A stretch of 59,223 bases of DNA from an uncultured Oscillospiraceae bacterium (GCA_964462775.1 CAYWZB010000001.1:1-59223); one strand, 5' to 3'. Positions 7,602 to 17,802 are shown, counted from the first letter of the stretch. The notes: generated by a model not told the origin, from the letters alone. Numbers and translations: made by a program.

Positions 7602-9374
7602 ATGACAACTTACCTGTTTAAGATTATCTCCCTCTTTGGTGGTCTGGCGCTGTTCCTGTTCGGCATGGACGTGATGGGCAAGGCGCTGGAGCGCAGCGCC
7701 GGCGGCAAGCTGCAGACCATTCTGGCGAAGATGAGCTCCAATGTGTTCAAGGGTTTCCTGCTGGGTCTGGGTGTCACCGCGGTGATTCAGTCCTCCTCCG
7801 CAACCACGGTCATGGTGGTGGGCTTCGTCAACTCCGGCATTATGACCCTGAAGCAGGCAGTGGGCGTGATTATGGGCTCCAACATCGGTACCACCGTCAC
7901 CGCCTGGATCCTGTCCCTGAGCGGTCTGGAAGGTGACAGCTTCCTGGTTCAGCTGTTCAAGCCCTCCACTCTGTCTCCGCTGCTGGGCGCTGTGGGCATT
8001 GTGCTGTATATGTTTACCGGCTCCGAGAAGAAAAAGAACATCGGCACCATCATGCTGGGCTTTATGGCGCTGATGACCGGCATGGACATCATGAGCAGCT
8101 CCATGAAATTTCTGGAGAATGAAGCATGGTTCGCGGAACTGATGATTTCCTTCTCCAATCCTCTGATTGGCATCCTCTTCGGCGCTGTGCTGACGGCGGT
8201 GATTCAGTCCTCCTCCGCTTCCGTGGGTATCCTGCAGGGCCTTTGCGGCACCGGCGTGGTGACCTTCGGCTCTGCCATCCCCATCATTCTGGGTCAGAAT
8301 ATCGGCACCTGCGTCACGGCGCTGCTGGGCGCTGTGGGTGCCAACCGCAATGCCCGCCGCACCGCTGTGGTGCATCTGCTGTTCAACGTGGTGGGCGTGG
8401 CCATCTTTGTGATCGCGTTCTACGGTCTGGGGCTGTTCATCGACTGGCAGTTCCTGAATGATACCGCTCAGCCTTGGAACATCGCCGTGATCCACACCTG
8501 CTTTAACGTGGCGGCGACCTGCGTGCTGATGCCCATGAACGGTCTGCTGGTGAAGCTGGCATATCTGGTGATCCCCCGGGAGGAGACGCCCCAGAAGCAG
8601 GAACTGCTGGACGAGCGTCTGCTGGCTACCCCCGCTGTGGCGGTGCAGCGTGCCCATGAGATTGCCGGCCAGATGAGCCAGGACGCTGCCCAGGCCATGC
8701 ACCTGGCCATGGGTCTGGCCAAGCAGTACAACGAGGAAGTTATGACGCAGGTCATGGAGCTGGAGGATCGCACCGACCGCTACGAGGATGCTCTGGGCAC
8801 CTATCTGGTCAAGCTCTCCGCCTGCAACCTGACCACCCAGGACAACCGGGTGCTCAATACCCTGCTGTATACCATTTCCGACATCGAGCGCATGGCTGAC
8901 CATGCCGCTTCCGTGGCCAAGGCGGCACGGGAGATTGAGGAAAAGAAGATTGACTTTTCCGCTCAGGCCAAGGGTGAGCTGGCGGTGCTGGAGCAGGCGG
9001 TACTGGACATCGTCGATCAGACCGTGGCAGCCTTCGGCAGCTTCGATCTGGAGCGTGCCATTGCCATCGAGCCGCAGGAGCAGGTGGTGGACGCACTGGT
9101 TCGGGAGGTCAAGTCCCGTCATGTCCGCCGGCTCAGAGACGGCCTGTGCAGTGTGGAATACGGCTTCGTGCTGGAGGATCTGCTGACCGCCTGCGAGCGG
9201 ACTGCGGATCACTGCTCCAACGTGGCGGTGGAAATGCTGCAGGTGTCCGAGGGCAAGCTGGAAGCCCACGAATATCTCAACGCCCTGAAGGCCGGTGAGC
9301 TCCACGAAAGCGCCGCCTTCGCAGAGCGCTTCGCCCGGTATAAGGCCAAGTACGCCTTCCCGGAAGAAAAGTAA
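7602..9374 (+). CDS. Na/Pi cotransporter family protein with C-terminal PhoU-like domains
   Basis: Two QSSS repeats (VIQSSSATT, VIQSSSASVG), GSNIGTT/GQNIGT, helical C-terminus with DIERMADHA and ERTADHC. Confidence 0.93.
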   Translation: MTTYLFKIISLFGGLALFLFGMDVMGKALERSAGGKLQTILAKMSSNVFKGFLLGLGVTAVIQSSSATTVMVVGFVNSGIMTLKQAVGVIMGSNIGTTVTAWILSLSGLEGDSFLVQLFKPSTLSPLLGAVGIVLYMFTGSEKKKNIGTIMLGFMALMTGMDIMSSSMKFLENEAWFAELMISFSNPLIGILFGAVLTAVIQSSSASVGILQGLCGTGVVTFGSAIPIILGQNIGTCVTALLGAVGANRNARRTAVVHLLFNVVGVAIFVIAFYGLGLFIDWQFLNDTAQPWNIAVIHTCFNVAATCVLMPMNGLLVKLAYLVIPREETPQKQELLDERLLATPAVAVQRAHEIAGQMSQDAAQAMHLAMGLAKQYNEEVMTQVMELEDRTDRYEDALGTYLVKLSACNLTTQDNRVLNTLLYTISDIERMADHAASVAKAAREIEEKKIDFSAQAKGELAVLEQAVLDIVDQTVAAFGSFDLERAIAIEPQEQVVDALVREVKSRHVRRLRDGLCSVEYGFVLEDLLTACERTADHCSNVAVEMLQVSEGKLEAHEYLNALKAGELHESAAFAERFARYKAKYAFPEEK

Positions 9375-9386
9375 CAAACCCGCTTT

Positions 9387-9421
9387 GCCGGGGACACGCC
9401 AAACGTGTCCCCGGCTTTTTT
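9387..9421 (+). terminator. Intrinsic terminator
   Basis: GCCGGGGACACG-CCAAA-CGTGTCCCCGGC-TTTTTT. Confidence 0.9.
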
Positions 9422-9485
9422 GCGTTGAGGAGGGCGTGGCGAAAAGGATAAAAAACCGGGGAAAACCGGGGATTTTTCGGAATAG

Positions 9486-9514
9486 TTGACAAAATGGAAG
9501 AAAACGTATATAAT
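9486..9514 (+). promoter_or_regulatory. Consensus sigma-A promoter
   Basis: TTGACA, 17 bp, TATAAT, exact consensus. Confidence 0.85.
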
Positions 9515-9554
9515 GTAACGGCTGGCCGCTGGGCCACGGATTGGAGCGATCATT

Positions 9555-10658
9555 ATGGATCTGAATCAGAAGCTGCTGGAAGTGAGCCGCCTCTTCCGGA
9601 TTGATTATGAATACTTAGGTTACGAGACCATTCAGATGGGCAACGTCAACCATACTTACAAGGTCAATTTCCTGCTGCCCGAGGGAAAGCCCAAGTCTTT
9701 CCTGGTGCAGAATGTCAATACCTATGCCTTCCGCAACCCCATCGGCCTGATGGATAACATCGACAAGGTCACCGAGCATATCCGCCGGAAGAAGCCCGGC
9801 AAGGTGGCGCTGCATTTCCATCACACCGCGGATCGGAAGACCTATGTCATCGACGGGGATAATTTCTGGCGGATGACCAACTATGTGCCCTCGGTGACTT
9901 ATAACACCGTGAAGGATCTGGACATTGTCCGCAATGCCGGCGTGGCCTTTGGCGAGTTCCAGATGCAGCTGGCGGACTTTGACCTGAGCCAGCTCATTGA
10001 GACCATCCCCGGCTTCCACAATACCCGCAAGCGTTACGAAAGCCTGGAGGAGGCTGTCCACCAGGACAGCGCCCATCGGGTGGAGCAGGTGCGGGAGGAG
10101 ATCGACTGGCTGATGTCCGTGAAGGATCAGGCCTGCCGGTTGACGGATCTGCAGATGGCAGGCAAGCTGCCCCTGCGGGTGACCCACAACGATACCAAGA
10201 TCAACAATGTCCTCTTTGACCCCCAGGACAACAGCCCGGTGGTGGTCATCGATCTGGACACCGTTATGCCCGGCCTGCTGGGTCACGATTTCGGCGATGC
10301 CATCCGCTTTGCCGGTAACTTCGTGGAGGAGGACAGCCGGGAGTATGACAAGGCCGGTGTGGATCTGGAGGTATTCCGTGCCTTTGCGGAGGGCTTCCTG
10401 TCCATGACTGCGGACACCATGACCCAGGAGGAAGTGGATACCCTGGCGCTGAGCTGCTTTGCCCTGACGGCGGAGCTGTGCGTCCGGTTCCTGGATGACT
10501 ATATCCGAGGCGACCTGTATTTCAACATCAAGTACCCGGAGCACAATCTGGTGCGTACCCGCTGCCAGATCGCCCTGGCCAGGGATATGCTGAACAAGCA
10601 GGAGCAGATGCAGGCCATTGTCTGTGACTGCGTGAATGCGGCAAAGAAGGCTGAGTAA
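9555..10658 (+). CDS. APH-fold phosphotransferase, N-acetylhexosamine 1-kinase (NahK/MdsC)-like
   Basis: GNVNHTY, ETIPGFHNT, RVTHNDTKINN, IDLDTVMPG, DFGDAIR, RFLDDY..GD.YF...YPEHNL.R motifs. Confidence 0.8.
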   Translation: MDLNQKLLEVSRLFRIDYEYLGYETIQMGNVNHTYKVNFLLPEGKPKSFLVQNVNTYAFRNPIGLMDNIDKVTEHIRRKKPGKVALHFHHTADRKTYVIDGDNFWRMTNYVPSVTYNTVKDLDIVRNAGVAFGEFQMQLADFDLSQLIETIPGFHNTRKRYESLEEAVHQDSAHRVEQVREEIDWLMSVKDQACRLTDLQMAGKLPLRVTHNDTKINNVLFDPQDNSPVVVIDLDTVMPGLLGHDFGDAIRFAGNFVEEDSREYDKAGVDLEVFRAFAEGFLSMTADTMTQEEVDTLALSCFALTAELCVRFLDDYIRGDLYFNIKYPEHNLVRTRCQIALARDMLNKQEQMQAIVCDCVNAAKKAE

Positions 10659-10667
10659 AACAGAAAA

Positions 10668-10709
10668 ACCGGAGAATGCTCTGTTTGCGGCATTCTCCGG
10701 TGCTTTTTT
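10668..10709 (+). terminator. Intrinsic terminator
   Basis: ACCGGAGAATGC...GCATTCTCCGGT followed by GCTTTTTT. Confidence 0.85.
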
Positions 10710-10768
10710 GTTTGAAAAACACGTTCTTTTTCGAAATGGGAAAAGGTTTGAAATGTCAAAAGTTGTCC

Positions 10769-10797
10769 TTGCTGTATTGGTCAGAATGTGGTATAAT
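10769..10797 (+). promoter_or_regulatory. sigma-A promoter of glycan operon 1
   Basis: TTGCTG, 17 bp, TATAAT with extended TG. Confidence 0.75.
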
Positions 10798-10892
10798 AAA
10801 TCGAACTATAAACAGGGATAGGGTCGGAGTGCGCCCTTTTCCCGGAAAAGCCCCGCGGGGCTGGGAATGAAGATTTTAGGATGTGAACAAAA

Positions 10893-12770
10893 ATGGTTTC
10901 CAGAAAACCTCTTAATATGAACCGGACGGTTGCGGCCAAGGTGCTGCTGATCGTGCTGCTGGATATATTGTCTGTGGCGGTCAGCTACTTTTTGGGTCTG
11001 TGGCTGCGGTATGATTTTTCCTTTGCGGAAATGCGGGGAACCCATCTGCAGGGCTATCTGTCTGCCCTCGGCCCCTGGTGCGCCATCACCATCTGCGTGT
11101 TTGCCCTGTTCAAGCTCTACAGCAGCATCTGGGCCTTTGTCAGCACATCTGAGGTGTTCCGCATCATTGGCGCATACATCGTGCTGGGCGTAATCGGCGT
11201 GCTGGTGTTCCATTTTGACGGCGTGGTGATGCCCCGATCCAGCATGGTGGTGGGATTTGTGTTCAATTTCGGCAGCACCGTGGCCATTCGGTTTTCCTAC
11301 CGTCTGCTGCGTTCTGCCCAGAAGAAGATCAGCCATGTGACCCATGCCAACGGGGTGAAAAACGTCATGCTCATCGGCGCCGGAGATGCCGGCCGGGCAC
11401 TGACGCTGGAATTTGCCAACAGCGATTATGTGAAGGATCATCTGTCCTGCGTCATTGATGATAACCCCGTCAAGTGGAACAAGCAGCTGTATGGTGTGCC
11501 CATTGTGGGCGGCCGGGAGGATATTCCGGAGATGGTGAAGCAGTATAAGATCGACAAGATCATTTTCGCCATTCCCAGCTGCGATGCCCCCACCCGCAAA
11601 GCCATTCTGGACATTTGTACCACCACCGGCTGTGAGGTGCAGATGCTGCCCGGCATTTACCAGATGGTCAACGGCGAGGTCAGCGTCAGCAAGCTGCGTA
11701 AGGTGGATCCCCAGGATCTGCTGGGGCGGGATCCCATCAAGGTGAACCTGGAAGAGGTGGTGGGCTACATCTCCGGCAAGGTGGTGCTGGTCACCGGCGG
11801 CGGCGGCAGCATCGGCAGCGAGCTGTGCCGCCAGATTGCCCGCGCCAACCCCAAGCAGCTGGTGATCTTCGACATTTACGAAAACAATGCCTACGATATT
11901 CAGATGGAGCTGAAGCGCAATTATCCGGAGCTGGATCTGAAGGTGCTCATCGGCTCCGTGCGTAATACCAACCGGGTCAATTCCCTGCTGGAAACCTATA
12001 AACCGGAGCTGGTGTTCCACGCGGCGGCGCATAAGCACGTCCCTTTGATGGAGGACAGCCCCAACGAGGCTATCAAGAACAATGTGTTCGGCACCTACAA
12101 AATGGCGCAGGCAGCGGCACGCTACGGCGTGAAGCGCTTTGTGCTGATCTCCACGGACAAGGCTGTCAACCCCACCAACATCATGGGCGCGTCCAAGCGG
12201 CTGTGTGAGATGGTGGTGCAGATGATGAACCGCCAGTCGAATACGGAATTTGTGGCGGTGCGCTTCGGCAATGTGCTGGGCAGCAACGGCAGCGTCATCC
12301 CCCTGTTTAAAAAGCAGATCGAGGCCGGCGGCCCGGTGACGGTGACCCACCCGGACATCATTCGCTATTTTATGACCATTCCCGAAGCAGTGAGCCTGGT
12401 GCTGCAGGCGGGCTACTATGCCCGGGGCGGAGAGATCTTCGTGCTGGACATGGGTGAGCCGGTGAAGATCGACACCATGGCACGGAATATGATCCGTCTC
12501 AGCGGTTACGAGCCGGATGTGGACATCAAGGTGGAATACACCGGCCTGCGCCCGGGCGAAAAGCTCTACGAGGAGCTGCTGATGAAGGAAGAGGGCATGC
12601 AGGAGACAGCCAACAAGCTGATCCACATTGGCAAGCCCATTGAGATGGACGATGAGCTGTTCAAGCAGCAGCTGGAGCAGCTGGATCAGGCAAGCCGGGG
12701 CGAAGCTGCGGATATCAAGGAGCTGGTAGCCCGGATGGTGCCTACTTACAAACAGAAACTGGAAGTCTGA
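10893..12770 (+). CDS. capD: Membrane-bound UDP-GlcNAc 4,6-dehydratase (CapD/PglF/WbpM family)
   Basis: Four N-terminal TM segments, GAGDAG, TGGGGSIGSEL, HAAAHKHVP, STDKAVNPTNIMGASK, RFGNVLGS, GLRPGEKLYEEL. Confidence 0.93.
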   Translation: MVSRKPLNMNRTVAAKVLLIVLLDILSVAVSYFLGLWLRYDFSFAEMRGTHLQGYLSALGPWCAITICVFALFKLYSSIWAFVSTSEVFRIIGAYIVLGVIGVLVFHFDGVVMPRSSMVVGFVFNFGSTVAIRFSYRLLRSAQKKISHVTHANGVKNVMLIGAGDAGRALTLEFANSDYVKDHLSCVIDDNPVKWNKQLYGVPIVGGREDIPEMVKQYKIDKIIFAIPSCDAPTRKAILDICTTTGCEVQMLPGIYQMVNGEVSVSKLRKVDPQDLLGRDPIKVNLEEVVGYISGKVVLVTGGGGSIGSELCRQIARANPKQLVIFDIYENNAYDIQMELKRNYPELDLKVLIGSVRNTNRVNSLLETYKPELVFHAAAHKHVPLMEDSPNEAIKNNVFGTYKMAQAAARYGVKRFVLISTDKAVNPTNIMGASKRLCEMVVQMMNRQSNTEFVAVRFGNVLGSNGSVIPLFKKQIEAGGPVTVTHPDIIRYFMTIPEAVSLVLQAGYYARGGEIFVLDMGEPVKIDTMARNMIRLSGYEPDVDIKVEYTGLRPGEKLYEELLMKEEGMQETANKLIHIGKPIEMDDELFKQQLEQLDQASRGEAADIKELVARMVPTYKQKLEV

Positions 12771-12804
12771 CCCCGGGGGTTCCGGCGGCGGAAGAGGATT
12801 GGAT

Positions 12805-13422
12805 ATGTATCGGAAATTTGGAAAACGGATTTTGGATATTCTGCTGTCGGCCTGCGGCATCGTGGTGCTGGCACCGGTGTATCTGCTGGTGGCGCTGGCC
12901 ATCAAAATCGACGATCCCGGCCCGGTGTTCTTTTATCAGAAACGGGTGGGCATCCATAAGACCCATTTCAATATCATGAAATTCCGCACCATGCGTATGG
13001 ACACCCCCAAGGACTGCCCCACCCATCTGCTGGAAAACCCGGAGCGGTATATCACCCGGGTGGGCAAGCTGCTGCGTAAAACCTCTCTGGATGAGCTGCC
13101 CCAGATCTTCCAGATCTTTACGGGGAAAATGTCCGTCATCGGCCCCCGGCCGGCGCTGTGGAATCAGTTTGACCTCATCGAAGAGCGGGATCGCTACGGC
13201 GCCAACGACATCCGCCCCGGTCTGACGGGCTGGGCGCAGATCAACGGCCGGGACGAGCTGGTCATTGATGTGAAGGCACGGCTGGACGGCGAATATGTCC
13301 AGAAGCTCAGCTTCCTGTTTGACTGCAAGTGCTTCTTCGGCTCTGTGGTAGCCGTGCTGAAGCACGACGGCGTGGTAGAGGGCGGCACCGGACAGCTGGA
13401 AAAGGAGCGGAAGGACTCATGA
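12805..13422 (+). CDS. Priming undecaprenyl-phosphate sugar phosphotransferase (CapM/PglC-type)
   Basis: KRILDI, KFRTM, LRKTSLDELPQ, MSVIGPRP, PGLTGWAQINGR. Confidence 0.93.
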   Translation: MYRKFGKRILDILLSACGIVVLAPVYLLVALAIKIDDPGPVFFYQKRVGIHKTHFNIMKFRTMRMDTPKDCPTHLLENPERYITRVGKLLRKTSLDELPQIFQIFTGKMSVIGPRPALWNQFDLIEERDRYGANDIRPGLTGWAQINGRDELVIDVKARLDGEYVQKLSFLFDCKCFFGSVVAVLKHDGVVEGGTGQLEKERKDS

Positions 13423-14303
13423 AGCGGATCCTGATCACCGGCGCGAACAGCTATGTAGGCACCCAGGTGGAGTGCTATCTGGGAAACTGGCCGGAGCGCT
13501 ATGAAATCGAAACACTGGATATGAAGGACGGCACCTGGAAAGCGCGGTCCTTTTCCGGCTTTGACGCGGTTTTTCATGTGGCGGGGCTGGTGCACCTGAA
13601 GCAGGCGAAGGAGGATCCTTCCCAGGCGGAGCGCTATCACCAGGTCAATACGGTGCTGGCCATCGAGACTGCCCAAAAGGCGAAGGACGAGGGCGTGGGA
13701 CAGTTCATTTTCATGAGCTCGGAAAGCGTCTATGGCCTGACTGCGCCTGTGGGCAAGACGGTGGTCATCACGGCGGATACCCCCCTGAATCCCACGGACA
13801 ACTACGGCACCAGCAAAGCGCAGGCGGAAGCCGGGCTGCGGGAGCTGAATGATGCGACTTTCCGGGTGGCGATCCTGCGGCCGCCGATGATCTACGGCCC
13901 GGGCTGCCGGGGCAATTACCCCACCATGGCGGCGCTGGCAAAGAAGCTGCCCCTTTTTCCCAAGGTCAGCAATCAGCGCTCCATGCTGTATATCGAAAAT
14001 CTGGCGGAGTTTGTCCGCCTGATCCTGGAGGACCGGGCGGCAGGTGTTTTCTGCCCCCAGAACCGGGAATATACCAATACCAGCCGGATGGTGCGGGACA
14101 TTGCCCGTGCCCACGGGAAGAATCTTCCTCTGATCCCCGGCTTTACCTGGGCGCTGAAGCTCTTGCGCCCCCTGACCGGAGCGGTGGACAAGGCCTTCGG
14201 AAGCCTTTGCTATGATGTTTCTCTCAGCGCTTACGGGACGGATTATTGCGTCAAGACCCTGGAACAGTCGATCATGGAAACGGAGGGCGGTCAGAAGCTA
14301 TGA
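13419..14303 (+). CDS. NAD-dependent epimerase/4-reductase (CapN/WbpV-like)
   Basis: ILITGANSYVG, YGTSK (YxxxK), LRPPMIYG, GNY, NQRSM; ATGA overlap with the upstream gene. Confidence 0.85.
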   Translation: MKRILITGANSYVGTQVECYLGNWPERYEIETLDMKDGTWKARSFSGFDAVFHVAGLVHLKQAKEDPSQAERYHQVNTVLAIETAQKAKDEGVGQFIFMSSESVYGLTAPVGKTVVITADTPLNPTDNYGTSKAQAEAGLRELNDATFRVAILRPPMIYGPGCRGNYPTMAALAKKLPLFPKVSNQRSMLYIENLAEFVRLILEDRAAGVFCPQNREYTNTSRMVRDIARAHGKNLPLIPGFTWALKLLRPLTGAVDKAFGSLCYDVSLSAYGTDYCVKTLEQSIMETEGGQKL

Positions 14304-15508
14304 AGCAGAAAAAGGACATTCTGTTCCTCTGCCAGTTTTTTCACCCGGAATACATATCCTCGGCGCAGCTGCCCTTTGACACGGCCCGGGCCTTGCGGGA
14401 AAGCGGCTTTTCCGTGGAGGTGCTCTGCGGCTACCCCCGGGAGTATTCCGACGGCCCGGATGTGCCGCTGAAGGAGGAAATTGACGGCATTACCATCCGC
14501 CGTCTGCGGTATTTCCAGACGGATCGCTCCGGTTTTCTGGGGCGGATCCTTAACTATTTTTCCTTTACCTTTATGGTGTTTCTCCGGCTGTTTTCCATTG
14601 GGAAATACCGGGCGGTGGTGGTGTATTCCAATCCCCCCATTCTGCCCTGGATTGCCTCCTGGGCGAAGAAGCTGTTCGGCACCAAGCTGATTTTTGTATC
14701 CTATGACCTGTACCCCGAGGTGGCTACGGTGACCAACACCCTGCGTCAGGGGAACATTATTTGCCGGCTGATGAACCACATCAACAAATGTGTCTACAGC
14801 CGGGCGGACGCAGTGGTGGCGCTGTCCGGGGAAATGAAGTATTTTATTCTGAAAAATCGGAAAATCCAGCCGGAAAAGGTGTATGTGATTCCCAACTGGT
14901 ACAAAGATGAGGGCGTTGCCCTGATGAACCGGCGGGGAAATTCCTTCCGCCGTCAGGTGGGCGACCGGTTCGTGGTGTCCTACTTCGGCAACATGGGTAC
15001 CATGCAGGATATGCAGACCATCCTGGAAGCGGCCAGGGAGCTGCGCCGGGAAGAGGTTTTCTTCTTCTTTGCCGGTCACGGCAACAAGTTTGAAAAGGTC
15101 AAGACCTTTCTGAAGCAAGAAGGCATTGAAAACGCGGCGGTGTATCCTTTCCTCCACGGGGCGGATTTTCAGGACGCACTGGCCATCAGCAGCTGCGCGC
15201 TGGTGTCCCTGGAAAAGCACACCACCGGGCTGTGCGTGCCCAGCAAGACCTACAGCTATATGATGCGGGGACTGCCCCTGATCGCCATTATGGACGAAAG
15301 CGACATCGTCCGGGATATTGAAGCCGGTGCCGGCCTGTGGGTGCGTAACGGCGAAGCCGGCGCTCTGGCGCAGGCCATCCGGGAGCTGAAGGATGACCCG
15401 GCGCGGGTGGAGCAGATGAGCCGGGTGTGCCGGGAGCTGTACCTGAGCAAATACACCACGGAGATCTGCACCGAAAAGTATGTAAAATTGTTCCGGGAAC
15501 TGCTGTGA
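14300..15508 (+). CDS. GT4 glycosyltransferase (CapL/WbuB-like, putative L-FucNAc transferase)
   Basis: QFFHPE, YSNPPILP, YDLYPE, YFGNMG..Q, VPSKTYSY; adjacent to fnlABC. Confidence 0.85.
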   Translation: MKQKKDILFLCQFFHPEYISSAQLPFDTARALRESGFSVEVLCGYPREYSDGPDVPLKEEIDGITIRRLRYFQTDRSGFLGRILNYFSFTFMVFLRLFSIGKYRAVVVYSNPPILPWIASWAKKLFGTKLIFVSYDLYPEVATVTNTLRQGNIICRLMNHINKCVYSRADAVVALSGEMKYFILKNRKIQPEKVYVIPNWYKDEGVALMNRRGNSFRRQVGDRFVVSYFGNMGTMQDMQTILEAARELRREEVFFFFAGHGNKFEKVKTFLKQEGIENAAVYPFLHGADFQDALAISSCALVSLEKHTTGLCVPSKTYSYMMRGLPLIAIMDESDIVRDIEAGAGLWVRNGEAGALAQAIRELKDDPARVEQMSRVCRELYLSKYTTEICTEKYVKLFRELL

Positions 15509-15529
15509 CCGGGCTAAGGAGATAAGATT

Positions 15530-16576
15530 ATGAGTATCTTTGCGAATAAGACCCTGATGATCACCGGCGGCACCGGTTCCTTTGGCAACGCCGTGCTGAA
15601 TCGGTTCTTGCAGACGGATATCAAGGAGATCCGGGTATTTTCCCGGGACGAAAAGAAGCAGGACGATATGCGCCACGAGTTCCAGGCGAAAATGCCGGAG
15701 GTGGCCAACAAGATCAAGTTTTTCATCGGAGATGTCCGGGATCTGGCTTCCGTGAAAAATGCCATGCACGATGTGGACTATATTTTCCACGCCGCCGCTT
15801 TGAAGCAGGTGCCTTCCTGCGAGTTCTTCCCCATGGAAGCGGTCAAGACCAACGTGGTGGGCACGGACAATGTGCTTACCGCTGCCATTGATGCCGGTGT
15901 GCGTACGGTGATCTGCCTGTCCACCGACAAGGCAGCCTACCCCGTCAACGCCATGGGCACCTCCAAGGCCATGATGGAAAAAGTCATCGTGGCAAAATCC
16001 CGCACCGTTTCCCCAGAGCAGACCAAGATCTGCTGCACCCGCTATGGCAATGTCATGTGCAGCCGGGGCAGCGTGATCCCCCTGTGGATTGACCAGATCA
16101 AGGCGGGCAACCCCATCACCATCACCGAGCCTTCCATGACCCGGTTCATTATGAGCCTGGAGGAGGCGGTGGATCTGGTGCTGTTCGCCTTCGAGCAGGG
16201 CGTCAGCGGTGACATTCTGGTGCAGAAGGCACCGGCGTGTACCATTGAGACTCTGGCCAAGGCGGTCACCGGACTGTTTGCCCCCGGCCATGAGATCAAG
16301 GTCATCGGCATCCGCCATGGCGAAAAGATGTACGAGACGCTGCTGACCAACGAGGAGTGCGCCCACGCTGTGGATCTGGGCAACTTCTATCGGGTTCCCT
16401 GCGACAAGCGGGATCTGAACTATGACAAATACTTCAAAGAGGGCGATGTCAGCCGCAACTGCCTGACCGAGTTCAACAGCAGCAACACCGAGTTGCTGAA
16501 TGTGGAGCAGGTACAGGAGAAGCTGCTGAGCCTTGCCTATATCCGGGAAGAGCTGGAAGCCTTCCGGAAGCAGTAA
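15530..16576 (+). CDS. fnlA: UDP-GlcNAc 4,6-dehydratase/5-epimerase (FnlA/CapE/WbjB)
   Basis: TGGTGSFGNAV, SRDEKKQDDMR, AALKQVPSCEFFP, GIRHGEK, RDLNYDKY. Confidence 0.93.
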   Translation: MSIFANKTLMITGGTGSFGNAVLNRFLQTDIKEIRVFSRDEKKQDDMRHEFQAKMPEVANKIKFFIGDVRDLASVKNAMHDVDYIFHAAALKQVPSCEFFPMEAVKTNVVGTDNVLTAAIDAGVRTVICLSTDKAAYPVNAMGTSKAMMEKVIVAKSRTVSPEQTKICCTRYGNVMCSRGSVIPLWIDQIKAGNPITITEPSMTRFIMSLEEAVDLVLFAFEQGVSGDILVQKAPACTIETLAKAVTGLFAPGHEIKVIGIRHGEKMYETLLTNEECAHAVDLGNFYRVPCDKRDLNYDKYFKEGDVSRNCLTEFNSSNTELLNVEQVQEKLLSLAYIREELEAFRKQ

Positions 16577-16599
16577 CATCAGAAAGGAGGGCATGGAGG

Positions 16600-17802
16600 A
16601 TGAACATTCTGATCACCGGCGCTGCCGGCTTCGTGGGCAAAAACCTGACAGCCGCGCTGGAAGCCATCCGGGACGGCAAGGATCGAACCCGTCCGGGGCT
16701 GTCCATTGGGGAGCTGTACCTGTATGATATCGATTCTTCCCCGGAGCTGCTGGAGCGGGCGGGGGAAAAGGCGGACTTTGTCTTTAATCTGGCAGGGGTA
16801 AACCGCCCGAAAAATCAGGAGGAGTTTATGGCCGGGAATTTCGGCTTTGCTTCCACCCTTCTGGATACCCTGAAAAAGCACCATAATACCTGCCCGGTGA
16901 TGCTGTCCTCCTCCATCCAGGCGACCCTGGTGGGGCGCTACGCCGGTGGGGAATACGGCAAGAGCAAGCGGGCAGGGGAGGAGCTGTTCTTCTCTTACGC
17001 TGCCGAGACCGGGGCAACGGTGCTGGTATACCGCTTCCCCAATCTGTTTGGCAAGTGGTGCCGCCCCAACTACAATTCCGCTGTGGGCACCTTCTGCCAC
17101 AACTATGCCAACGACCTGCCCATCAGCGTCAACGATCCGGCGGTGGAACTGGAGCTGCTGTACATCGACGATCTGGTGACGGAAATGCTGGATGCTCTGG
17201 AGGGTAAGGCACACCGGTGCGAGTTTGATGGCATCACGACGGTGCTGACGGAGGACGGCCGCTACTGCGCCGCTCCTGTGACCCACAAGGCAACGCTGGG
17301 TCAGATCGTGGCGCTGCTGGACAGCTTCAAAGCCCAGCCTCAGACCCTGATGATGCCCCAGATCCCGGAGGGCAGCTTTGCCAAGAAGCTGTATTCCACC
17401 TATCTGTCTTATCTTCCCAAAGAAAAGGCGGCATTTCCCCTGAAAATGAATGTGGATGCCCGGGGCAGCTTCACCGAGCTGCTGAAAACGGAGAATTGCG
17501 GACAGTTCAGCGTGAATATTTCCGGCCCCGGCATCACCAAGGGGCAGCACTGGCACCACAGCAAGTGGGAATTTTTCATCGTGGTTTCCGGCCACGGACG
17601 GATCCAGCAGCGCAAGCTGGGGACGGATGAGGTTTTGAATTTTGACGTTTCCGGGGATGCCATTCAGGCGGTGCATATGCTGCCTGGGTATACCCATAAC
17701 ATTATCAATTTGTCTGAGACGGAAAATCTGGTCACCCTGATGTGGGCCAACGAGTGCTTTGACCCCGGGAAGCCGGATACCTTCTTTGAAAAGGTGGAGT
17801 GA
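16600..17802 (+). CDS. fnlB: Reductase/epimerase FnlB/CapF/WbjC (SDR plus cupin)
   Basis: ITGAAGFVGKNL, LAGVNRP, FGKWCRPNYNS, DARGSFTE, KGQHWHHSK, MWANE.FDP..PDT. Confidence 0.92.
   Translation: MNILITGAAGFVGKNLTAALEAIRDGKDRTRPGLSIGELYLYDIDSSPELLERAGEKADFVFNLAGVNRPKNQEEFMAGNFGFASTLLDTLKKHHNTCPVMLSSSIQATLVGRYAGGEYGKSKRAGEELFFSYAAETGATVLVYRFPNLFGKWCRPNYNSAVGTFCHNYANDLPISVNDPAVELELLYIDDLVTEMLDALEGKAHRCEFDGITTVLTEDGRYCAAPVTHKATLGQIVALLDSFKAQPQTLMMPQIPEGSFAKKLYSTYLSYLPKEKAAFPLKMNVDARGSFTELLKTENCGQFSVNISGPGITKGQHWHHSKWEFFIVVSGHGRIQQRKLGTDEVLNFDVSGDAIQAVHMLPGYTHNIINLSETENLVTLMWANECFDPGKPDTFFEKVE

Noticed and set aside
9555-10658. Aminoglycoside resistance gene
   Set aside because: The fold is shared, but the motifs (HNDTKINN, IDLDTVMPG, YPEHNL) fit NahK/MdsC-type sugar kinases rather than APH resistance enzymes.
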